DNA of 32,346 nucleotides from Catajapyx aquilonaris. Taxonomy: Eukaryota. This document shows, in pieces, positions 11,583 to 21,632 of the stretch (positions are counted from its first letter, which is position 1; each line of letters starts with the position of its first letter). The stretch spans positions 1 through 32,346 of the forward strand of contig KZ539141.1 in assembly GCA_000934665.2 (NCBI GenBank), written 5' to 3'. The translations under genes were made by a program, and so were the position numbers. Under the pieces are notes generated by a model. That model did no database searches. It was not told where the DNA came from and saw only the letters and a program-made list of their open reading frames with translations.

Positions 11583-14500
11583 ATGGCGTCGGATGAGTAG
11601 CGCGTTAAAAAAGTTGCTCTTTTGAGTCACAACATCTCCTTTTTTTGGAACACCTTTTTGGCCCACACCCCATCCAAAAAAAAAAAGAGGCTCCTCTAGT
11701 TTCCACCCTTTCACCCTGGAGGAAGGAACGGTCCCGTCTGGTCGGTTCCTGAGCCGGGACGACGCGGGCTTCATCCAGGCGGTACAGGAGGATGCCATCC
11801 GCTTCCTTGGCTGCACAGACACTGATAGGTAAAAACGGGTAAAAAAATCATTTGGAAGGACATTAAAAAGACGGACAGGGGGTAAACCGAACCCATTCCG
11901 GAACCGGTCTGGGTGGTGAAGGACACTGTTGCCAACAGTCGCCAAGGATTGCGGATTGGCAATGTTGTGTACGTAGCAACCAAATTGTTTGAAGGAGTCC
12001 GTTTGGATTTCAGTATATTCCGTAAAGGTACTTGTTCTGCGGATTGTACTACCAGTACAGATCATACAGATACATTGTCTCAGCGTGTAAGTGATGTCAC
12101 GACATTTCATTACGTAGTCATCGAATTCGGAAATCAATTACGGTTGGAGAGTCATACGCAATTTGAACCTTTATCAAAATGTATTGAGACTAATGGCATG
12201 TAATTCTCCGTTTCAGGGTTCTCCTCTTTCCTGCCGTGAGCAGCTACCACCGGTTCCTCATCCACAGCACTGTGCAGGCTGTGTTCCCAGCCCTGGTCAC
12301 GTTCTCCGTTGGGGTTGGGGACGCACGCCGAACTGTTGTCTGCTGTCAGTCCACTCTGTAAGGAGGTTATTAGTTATTAGAGGATGCAAAATATGGAATT
12401 CAGTTTGTTATGCCTGAAAAATTGTGAACTTCAGCTGGCCTGCGTTAATAATAGAATCTAGCGTTCACTGAATTCGTTGGCTAATTTCTCCATCAGACCT
12501 TATGCTAATAATGAATTCCTCATATGACCAGTATACCAGACTGTGCACGTTATTAGCTAATTATTTTATTCTTCCTACGCTACACATCCTCCGTACATCA
12601 ATTATTTCATTGACTATTTCATATAGTTGCCGAATGATGGCTCTTGAAGAATTGATGCAATATGGAGGAAATGTAAAACTTGGACGTACTGATGTTATGG
12701 CATTTTCTCAATCAGCATTCAATTTGTACCATTCAAGAGCAGCCCACACAGTCTTGAGCAGTGAAGAAGGCTTCCCCTTAGGCGGTGATCTCCTGGACAT
12801 GCACAACGCCATTCCAGAACAACCAAGGATAGCCCGAAAAGGTAACAAAATTATGCAACTCAACGAAGCTGGTATGTCAACTTTTTGTTAATTACAGCTG
12901 ATGCCGTTAGATACGTCCCACCAGCAGCTCGTAAGACACTCTCGCCACCTGAAGATGCGCATCGAGAACGAGCCAAACCTCGCCGCCCAGATCAGCAGGT
13001 GTACGTGCCCAAGGCCCGGAGGCAATCTGCTGTCCCCGCCTCTCCTCCTGTGCAGGAAGAACCAAAGGTCAAGAGAAAACCAACCCCACTTAAGGCGCCC
13101 TCACCCTCCACGACCAAATCGGTGACTGCAACCAAATCACCTCCAGTGGCTCAGCCTGTTAAAGTTCCTGAGTCACCTCCTCTGCCACACCCAGTGGTGG
13201 CACCAGCAGCGAAGGAGAAGCAAGCCGCACCTGTATTGCAAGCAGCACCGGTACTACAAGCCGCACCGGTACTACAAGCTGCACCGGTACTACAAGCTGC
13301 ACCGGTATTACAAGACGCACCGATATTACAAGACGCACCGGAGGAGGAACCGGAGGAAGGTTCGTGGGATGCGTTGTATGATGACAGTGGAGACTGCCTG
13401 GATCCAGATGTGTTGAGAGAGGTCAGTTGTACATGTTTTTCTGCTGGACTGGTTCATACATCCTGCGGTTGTGGTTTTTTTGCTGATTTTGTCTCGTAAA
13501 ACGGATGTCACTTTGTTCATTTAGATCCAAGTAGCTGTGGGAGCGGTGCATCTGGAACCTGCTGAGAAAACCTCATCTAGTCCGGTGGTGCGTAGGGAGT
13601 TCTTCTTGGGTACCGAGGAGGAACTTGGGCACGTGTTGGAGCTGTACAACTTCCCCGCAGACTTCAAGACGCAAGACCTAATGTCAGCGTTTTCCCCTCT
13701 AAAACAATCCTTCAGCATTAAATGGGTAGACGACACACATGCGCTTGCCATCTTCCCCAGTACAAATGTCGGTATGTGTACCCTCGTTGATCCTGTGATG
13801 GTGAGGGTACTTGTAATTTAATATGGTTCAGAGCTGGAGTCTTTATGACAAGAACCTAATAGATGTAACATAATGCTAAGGACAGCAACATCTTCAGTAC
13901 ATCAATTGTTCGACAATCAAGGTAAAAAGATGTTTTAAAAAATTGGACGTACGCTTGTAGTTACGGGCAATAATATTCCTTGCCCTCTACGGAGTCGATC
14001 ATACATTGGCTGTTATTGTTTTTATGTACGCATCGCAAAACGATCGCGGTAGATAAAGCACCCAACAAGTTCGGAGAAATGCGTTGCTGTAATTCATTCG
14101 ACGTTGGGAGGTTTGATACTGATTATGGTGTGTTCTCAGCTCAAGAGGCTCTCTCTCTGCCCTTGGCCGCCTTGCGAGCCCGTCCCCTATGTGAAGGCAC
14201 TTCAGAGTCACGTGTGAAGGCCCGCCGTAGCGCAGAAGCCCTCCAGCCTTACAAGCCCCGTCCACAAACCAGTGCGTCCTTGGCACGCAGGCTAGTCTCA
14301 AGTGCTCTTGGAATGAGAATCGACGCGCCTCCGGGAAAGAGAGAAGACGAGCGGAGGCAACTCAAAGAGGCCAAAGGTGATAAATTCTCTTGAGCGATTA
14401 ATCCTACGTCAAACTTGTTCATGCAAGGGAGACGGAGTGGCGCCGCGGTAACGCGCGCGCCCACGGAAGTTAAGGTCCCGGGTTCGATCCCCACCCGGGG

Positions 14501-15047
14501 TTCCCACCTTCTTTCGTGCAGAGTTGGGCCATCTCTGGCTTCGTTTCGGGTGGCAATTTCCGATAGACTAAGCCACCCGGGGGAGTTCACAAAATGACCA
14601 ATTAACGACAGCGCACATGCACTTTGCACATCCCCTCCTAACGACCCGTGAAACACACTAAATACTTTCAGTATACTAGTTTCACCACAGATGGTGGTAG
14701 CCCACCCCCCTAAACGAGCCTCAGGCTCGAGCACGGGGTATCAATAATAAAAAATAAATAAAAATAAAATAAAATAAAATAAAAAAAAACTTGTTCATGC
14801 AAAGCTGTACCTATATCTGTCAAATTGGATGGATATGATTTATGCAGTAGGCTACACCTAGCTTTGAGGTTGCACTTGTGTGTATTAAAATGCATTCGCG
14901 TGCCATGTGTGACCATTCAGTGCACAATGCATCCTGTCATGTACCTGCCTTCCGAGATACTGACCTCCTTTATGTTTGCCAGAACGGAAGAAGCTGGCAG
15001 CCAAGCAGAGAGCAGCTGCGTGGGACGGAACGATAGGAGACCTTTAA
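11583..15047 (+). CDS. R3HCC1L: R3H and coiled-coil domain-containing protein 1(-like), 8 coding exons, ~486 aa
   Basis: Exons 11583-11596 (short, least certain), 11700-11828, 12217-12357, 12738-12841, 12898-13421, 13525-13771, 14140-14376, 14983-15047 (1461 nt, in frame). R3H motif VLLFPAVSSYHRFLIH...TFSVG...RRTVVC, RRPDQQVYVPKARR, SWDALYDDSGDCL, RRM-like HVLELYNFPADFKTQDL..IKWVDDTHALAIF, PYKPRPQTSASLARRLVSSALG, C-terminal coiled coil. R3HCC1 versus R3HCC1L cannot be resolved by eye. Confidence 0.88.
13221..13340 (+). repeat. Coding 18-bp tandem repeat (QAAPVL, ~6.5 copies) in R3HCC1L-like exon 5
   Basis: CAAGCCGCACCGGTACTA-type units translate as QAAPVLQAAPVL...QDAPILQDAP. Confidence 0.9.
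14427..14786 (+). mobile_element. tRNA-derived SINE in last intron of R3HCC1L-like gene
   Basis: Pol III A-box-like TGGCGCCGCGG and B box GGTTCGATCCC near the 5' end, (AAAAT)n/A-rich tail, and perfect 16-bp TSD AAACTTGTTCATGCAA at 14411-14426 and 14787-14802. Confidence 0.9.
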
Positions 15048-15405
15048 CATAGATGGTGTGAATATATGTCGAACCAGAACGGCAGTGAATTGGAATAGCG
15101 CCGAAGCGTACCTGGAGCATGAACTGGCTGACTGCAATTGTGTGTGAAGATTCGACTGGTGCAGATTACTATCGAAAGCTGTTTGTCCTGTGGGCAACAC
15201 CTGTACTCGGTACTTTTCATACGTTGCTGTTCAGGTTCACTCTATTCTTCCTGCCCTTTAACTTTGGTACAAAAAACAATTTAGTTGTATATTTTCTTGC
15301 TTGTTTGTTAAAATAAATATAACTGTGTTTGGACAACTTTTATTTAGTACAAACTTTCTTACAACAGAATGTCAGTCAAGTATGGAGGAATGATAAGAAA
15401 CGGTA

Positions 15406-16752
15406 TCAAAAATCCATCACGTCATCCATGATGGGCTCCACGTCTGGGGAGTCGAGGCCTGAGTCATCATATGGCAGCCAGCAGTCGTACTCGGGCTCCT
15501 CTAGGGTCAGGTCCACAACTAAAAAAAGCAAAACAGGTATGAGTTTTATGATTTATAATCGCTGTAACTGTTTGCCCAGTACCTTCGTCGTCGTCGTCGT
15601 CGTACCTCCTCTGTCGGTCGCAGTTCATGAACACAGCCAGGAGCTGATCCTCTATCTCCTCAAGGGCGTTCTCAAGTTCCACGATGTCGTCATCCTCCTG
15701 CGGCATGAAATCTGGCTCGGGATAGTCATCCTCGTTCATAGGCGGCTCCACGACTATCTCCACCCTCCTGAACAGCTCCTTCTCCACAGGCTTCTCATCC
15801 GGTGGCTTCAGCGGGGTCGGAATGACAGCAGGCTTCTTCAGCGGTATCCCCAGCCTAGTGTTGGACTGGAACGGTGTCTGTTTGAAGGCATTGCTCACAT
15901 CTCCGAAAGTCCGGGCTGGTGTCATCAGGGTGTCCACTCGCTTTGTAACTGAAATGATGTCATGAAATTGCATTAGATTGCTCCATTTTGTCCTGAATTG
16001 AGTGCAATATTGCCTAAAAACCCAGTAATTATGTCAAATTGCCCAATTATTCATTAGAACGTTCCTTTTGTCCTGAATCGAACACAATATTGCCAAATTC
16101 TCTCATTATTCATTAGAACATTCCATTTTGCCCTGAAGCGAACGCAATATTGCCTAATTATTCATTAGAACGTTCCATTCCCCCCCTTCCCCATTTTGTT
16201 CTGATGAATCGAATGCGGCCTAGTAATGAATTGCCTCATGATTCATTAATTCATTAGAACGTTCCATTTTGTCCTGAATCGAACGCAATATTGCCTAATT
16301 GCCTAATTATTTATTAGAACGTTCCATCCCCCCACCCCCTTCCCCTTTGTGTTCTGAATCGAATGCAGCCTAGTAATGAATTCTCATGATTCATTAATTC
16401 ATTAGAACGTTCCATCTTGTCCTGAATCGAACGCAATAANCCCCCCTCCCCATTTTGTTCTGAATAGAATGCTGCCTAGTAATGAATTGCCTCATGATTC
16501 ATTAATTCCTTATAACGTTCCATTTTGTCCTGAATCGAACACAATAGTGCCTAATTGCCTATTTATTCATCAGAACGTTCCATTTTGTCCTGAATCGAAC
16601 GCAATATTGCCTAATTGCCTAATTATTCATTAGAACGTTCCATCATCCCCCCTCCCCCTCAATTTTGTTCTGAATCGAATGCGGCCTAGTAATGAACTGC
16701 TTCATGATTCATTAGAACGTTCCCATTTTTTTGTCATGAATCGAAAACAGCA

Positions 16753-16791
<39 letters not shown>

Positions 16792-16915
16792 CTTCTTCAC
16801 CTGAAGGCCCACCACGATGAGCGGCAGCGGCCTTGAGTGTGGCGGGAGTTGCTTGTGGCAGCACGAATCGAACGTCCGGGTTCTCCTTCATCCCGACGAC
16901 GTTGGCTGCCATCAT
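15406..16915 (-). CDS. Uncharacterised ~197-aa protein, putative securin (PTTG/Pimples/Pds1-like separase inhibitor), 3 coding exons
   Basis: Exons 16915-16801, 15948-15583, 15518-15406 (594 nt, GT-AG, phase 1/1). KEN box at residues 10-12, D-box-like ARTFGDVSN, several TP Cdk-type sites, basic/proline-rich N half, acidic C half, DDYPEPDFMP motif, and AATAAA on the minus strand at 15339-15344. The gene model is firm; the family call is motif-based inference. Confidence 0.7.
15970..16745. repeat. Minisatellite with two alternating unit types (~55-60 bp and ~80-85 bp) filling intron 1 of the securin-like gene
   Basis: Recurrent CATTAGAACGTTCCATTTTGTCCTGAATCGAACGCAATATTGCCTAATT alternates with a C-tract variant ending GCCTAGTAATGAATTGCCTCATGATT. 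Confidence 0.9.
16760..16787. repeat. (TA)n microsatellite next to the securin-like exon 1 donor
   Basis: About 14 TA units are directly visible. Confidence 0.9.
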
Positions 16916-17200
16916 TCCTCTTTCCAACAGCTCGAACTCGGTTCTAGGGACCGGTTTTAGGATGAAAAAATGAAGAACCAGACCTGAGAAAGAGACAGAC
17001 ACCGAATGCGGGTTCCACAAGAACGTTCCACAACAAAATCAGGGTTGCCAGATGCACACACACCCGGCGGCTTCTTATCAACAGGGTTGCCAGGTGGGAT
17101 GCTCCAGCTGGCAACACGCGGTGGAAATGTGGCAGCGTTGTGACTGGTGTCGCCGGCTGTCGGGCGAACGGGGCAACTAGGGAGCTACGACCTGGCAAAG
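16916..17200. promoter_or_regulatory. Bidirectional promoter between securin-like gene and SRP72
   Basis: Only 285 bp separate the divergent ATGs. The region is CpG-rich, with CAGGGTTGCCAG twice (17040, 17082) and inverted CTGGCAAC (17108). Confidence 0.75.
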
Positions 17201-20200
17201 ATGGCGGCGGCCAAGGGCAAAAACTTGAGCTCGCTCTTCGCTGAATTGAGCAAATTCGGGCAGAATGGGAACCACGACAGGGCGGTCAAGACTGCGGATA
17301 GGAGTGAGGACTTTGGGAGTACCCAAATCACTAGAATTAACGGCCGTCTGAAGGCCTGGAAGGAGATGAAAGGACGCCATATGTTGTGTGCATGCTTACC
17401 ATTCACTATATTATCAAGTGTGGTGTTCGAAAACTTAATTTTTGTACATGTCACTACCTTTCATGGTCTAATTAACCGCAACATGAACTACCTTACATGA
17501 TCAATGTCTGTTTAATTCATTTCTCTTGAATCAGTTTTACAGGAGGCTCCTACCAACCAGACGGCCTTTCATTGCAAAGTGGTGTGTCTCATTTACCAGC
17601 AGAAGTTTGAAGAGGTCCTGCAGGTCATGGGAAAGAATCAAAAGCTAGCTGGGTTAGTATGTCGCTCCAAACTGCTTTTAAATGTATAAACTACACTGTA
17701 CTTATGATTATCCGGGTGCAAATTATCCGTGCTTCGCCAAGAAAATAAAAAATAAAATAAAAATAAAAAAGCAGGGTACAGTGTGTGCAGTAGGTCATTT
17801 AAAACCTCTGAACAGCTCATTTTTAGGGTATCGAGAACCATTTTCCGATTATCCAGCGACACCCGTGCATTCATTAGACCAGATAATCAGGAGTACAGGG
17901 CATTAGGTGCTAACACTTAAAATCTTTGCATCGTTGCAATATTTTTCAGCGATATAGTAACTATTTTGATGTATGATAGTGATCAAATGTGCCAAGTGTT
18001 AATGAGAATTTCGTGGACTTTATTTTTGCAGGCCTCTGGTTCTGGAGAAGGCTTATGCGCAGTACAGGCTGAATCGCCCTCAGGATGCTCTGGTCACGCT
18101 CTCTTCTGAGCAGACCCTGAGCATGGATCTTAAGGAGCTCAAGGCGCAGGTGTTGTACCGCCTGGAGAGATATGAGGAGTGCTACGACCTTTATCGGGAC
18201 ATCATCAAGAACAGCAATGATGACTATGAGGATGAGCGGGAGACAAACTTCTCAGCTGTTGTGGCCAATCTTGCCGCAGAAGGAACGGTAAAGGACGGCT
18301 GCTCTTTTGTTCATGTTACGATTAGTTGAAGCAAGTACTGCTTGGCCCACTGAGTGATATTTCAACATGTGCATAATTTGTTGGCCCAAGCAAAGTGTAA
18401 TCTAGCTACACCCAGCTATTAATGATGGAGGAGTGACCTTGCCACTCCCTTGTTTACTACTATTGATTGTGGAAACATGCCAAAGGCTCTGCCTTAATTG
18501 CTTCTGGTTTATAGGGCTGAAGTCTGTCAAAAAATATATTTTTGTGATTATCTGTTGCAAAATTAGATGTGGTAGTAAATGCCTCTGCCTTTTGCAGTAT
18601 ACTCATAAGGTTTTCAAATCTGTAACATCGTCATCAAATCTGGTACTTTCAGTGAGCATTCACCCATTTCAATTATGTCAAATGCTTAACAAACGCTGAT
18701 TTGCTTTTCAGACTCGTGAGATGCCCACCCTGCGTAACCACACTTATGAGCTGTGCTACAATGCTTCTTGTCGCTCCTTGGCTCAAGGAAAGGTGGCTGA
18801 AGCACAGCAACATCTCCAAGAATCTGAGAAGTTATGCCGTGAGATGTTGGAGGAAGATGCAGAGGAAGGGGGCCCATCAGAAGAGGACATTGCGGAGGAG
18901 CTTGGCATAATTCGGGTTCAGCAAGCATACTGTTTGCAGCTGAAAGGGAACGAGAAATCATCGTTGGAGACCTACCAGGCGACATTGAGACGACGGCCTG
19001 CCGACATAGGTTTGGTTGCAGTTGCTTCCAACAATGCTGTGGCCATCAACCGTGACCAGAATGTGTTTGACTCAAAGAAGAAGATGAAGGCTGCCACTGC
19101 TGAGGGTGTTGAGCATAAGCTAACTTCTTCTCAACGTGACGCAATCCTCCTGAACCAGACTCTTGTAGCACTGCATACCAATCAAAATGAACAGTGTCGG
19201 CGTCTGTTAGCAACAATGGAAACGCAGGGTGGAGGTAAAGACGCCGCACTCATTCAAGCAGCACTCTTGGCACGTGAGAAGAAAATCAGCGATGCCCAGA
19301 AGGTGCTGGAACGGTATGCATCATCTCATCCAGATGAATTGCTAGCCATGAATTTGGCAACAGTGCAACTTCTGTTGGCCCAGGGGCAGATCCCAGATGC
19401 CTGCAAGACACTCCGTGCTCTTGGTCCACATACACACAAGCCAGGAATTGTCAGTGCATTGGTAACTCTGTACATGCACCTTAGTGACCTTCCTGCTGCA
19501 TCTGAGGTAATCTCTTTTCACTTTGTTCATGCAGATATGATCACATACTTTCGCAATTTTCTTCAGGTTTTGAAGGAGGCAGTGTCTTGGTACCAGCATA
19601 ATAAGGGTGGTCCCCGTTCAGCATTGACTTCGATGTGGCGCCAAGCAGCCTCTTTCCATCTGAGGTCAGGAGAAGCATCATTGGCAGCGCAGAGTCTGGA
19701 GGAGCTGCGCAAGACGGACCCCAAGAACCAGCACACTCTGGCCCAGCTGGTTATTGCCTATGCCCAATGTGACCCACCTCGTGCCAGGCAGCTGAGCCAG
19801 GAGCTTCCGCCGCTTACCGAACAGATCCAGGCTCTGGATGTTAACCTGCTGGAGAATATCAGTTGGACAGCCGGGAGCAAAAAGAAGGGTGGAAAAGATG
19901 CTGCCACTCCTAAGATTGGGTATGTAACCGGTGTTGAAAAGTGAATGTGGATTGCACTCGTACAATTTTTAAAAGTATATGAATAATTTTGGCAGTTGCA
20001 TTGCCAAACGTCAATGGGATTACAATTCTCACAGAGATCATTTTCACTGCAGGACTCCGGGATCGGACCTGATACAGCAGAAGAAGAAGAAGAAAAGGAA
20101 AGTTCACCTGCCCAAGAACTATAATCCCAACGTGGACCCTGACCCTGAAAGGTGGCTTCCGAGGCATGAGAGGGCTGGGTTCAAGAAGAAGAAGGACAAG

Positions 20201-20551
20201 AGGAGAGGAGGGGACATTGGAAAGGGAACGCAAGGGGCTGCCACTGGGCAGAGCGACCAATAGTAAGTTACGAGCCGAGGAGTGGAAAGCAGTTATCATT
20301 TTTATTGGCTGACAGTTACACTTATTTGTGGTTGGTATTAGTTTAGCTCTAACTAGAAGTAGTCATTCTAATAATCTGATCGCTCATCCTATTTCGTAGT
20401 GTAGAAAGAGCAGAATTAATTAAACATTTTCAATTGTAGCGATATTACGAAGATGGCTCCACAGCCAAAACAGCAACCGCAGGCATCCCACACCTCTGAA
20501 TCAGCCGGACCACGATGGCAACAACGAAAGAACAAGAAGAAGAAGAAGTAG
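17201..20551 (+). CDS. SRP72: Signal recognition particle subunit SRP72, 7 coding exons, ~648 aa
   Basis: Exons 17201-17303, 17535-17652, 18032-18287, 18712-19506, 19567-19919, 20053-20262, 20440-20551 (1947 nt). TPR region (AFHCKVVCLI, LEKAYAQYRLN, ELKAQVLYRLERYEECYDLY, TYELCYN), AVASNN..INRDQNVFDSKKK, and RNA-binding motif KKKKKRKVHLPKNYNPNVDPDPERWLPRHER followed by IGKGTQG. Confidence 0.97.
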
Positions 20552-20634
20552 AGATGCCCCTGTATTCACCCAGTGAATACGCCATTGGAAAAATCTTGCA
20601 TTAAAGAAAAACTGTGACGGGGAATCCTGTATTG

Positions 20635-21632
20635 TTACTCTGGACCAACACACCCTTTCTTCAGGATGATGTTGCCGTAAGGCGCAGCTTCCCTGCAATG
20701 AAGAAAAATTTCTCACTGAATTTTATGTCCTTTCTTCTAATTGACTTGGTGATTTTTTATGAAAATGATAATTATTGTCTTCGTTGTATTTGTTGTTGAA
20801 ATATGAACCATATGCAGTGAGTACTGGAAAATTTGTCATTTGCTTCAGCAATAGTAATTCCAAGGGAAATTTTCCAGATTATGTAGCCTAACCAAAAACA
20901 TGGTGAGAAGTTTAGCATGTATAAAAATTGTGATTTTTGTAACACTTTCATGTATGTACAGTGCACATAATAGCCGTCGCTGAATGTTTTTTTCCGGCGG
21001 AGGCGGCGTTACCTGGCAACCCCGTCCAGCGGGCCAATTCAAACATCAGCCCATGGAGAGCGCTTCCATTGTTGCCACTGTTTACAAATCGAGTGAGTGA
21101 GTGAGTCCGCAGGCAGAAGAGACCCGTCGCTGGGTCGTCCGCGTCACTCGTTCGATTTGTAAACAGTGGCAACAATGGAAGCGCTCTCCATGGGCTGATG
21201 TTTGAATTGGCCCGCCGGACAGGGTTGCCAGGTAACGCCGCCGCCTCCGCCGCCGGAAAAAAACATTCAGCGACGGCTATTTTGTCCAGCACTGTACATA
21301 GGTCACTGTCACTTCTTACCCAGTGTGCAAGATGGCATAGGCCCCTTTGGCCCGGTGATAGAAGTCATATCGAGGGAGCTGCAACATGCAGACTTCGGGC
21401 ACGTCCTTGGCGTGAGTGTCCAGTATGGCTTGGTACTCTTTCCAGATGGCTGGAGTCTCGTCCTTTGGCTCAGGCTTCATTAGCACCACAGGCTCCTGCA
21501 CATAGGTATCCAGAGGGAACAGAGGAAGAATGGCCTGCAGGAGATCCGTAATCTTGTGTCCATCTGCCCGGAGAAGCCTAGCATGGCCTGACTGGCAGAT
21601 GGATGCTGATGGAAAGTTGGCGTCTGCTAGAA
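20635..21632 (-). CDS. FUOM: Fucose mutarotase (RbsD/FucU family), last two coding exons; first exon not found in window
   Basis: Exon 21632-21320 VLADANFPSASIC...RADG...LLQAILPLFPLDTYV...FYHRAKGAYAILHTG spliced to exon 20692-20635 GEAAPYGNIILKKGCVGPE*. The expected N-terminal MGHGDEI segment is not seen and may lie in the gap at 22388-22479. Confidence 0.92.
20959..21294. mobile_element. Long-palindrome MITE (Tc1/mariner-like ends) in FUOM last intron
   Basis: TA|CAGTGC...GCACTG|TA ends. Inverted arms of ~140 bp are near-identical (e.g. GGGCCAATTCAAACATCAGCCCATGGAGAGCGCTTCCATTGTTGCCACTGTTTACAAATCGA and its reverse complement) around a ~45-bp spacer. Confidence 0.85.

Noticed and set aside
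14427..14500. tRNA gene
   Set aside because: It has A/B boxes but continues into a body, A-rich tail and TSDs, so it is a SINE head.
15329..15952. 207-aa plus-strand ORF
   Set aside because: Antisense shadow of the securin-like exons; the splice signals support the minus strand.
15970..16745. CRISPR-like array
   Set aside because: Eukaryotic intron; the sequences between conserved cores are themselves repeated, not unique spacers; no cas genes.
20948..21292. ORFs with internally repeated peptides
   Set aside because: Artefact of the palindromic MITE.
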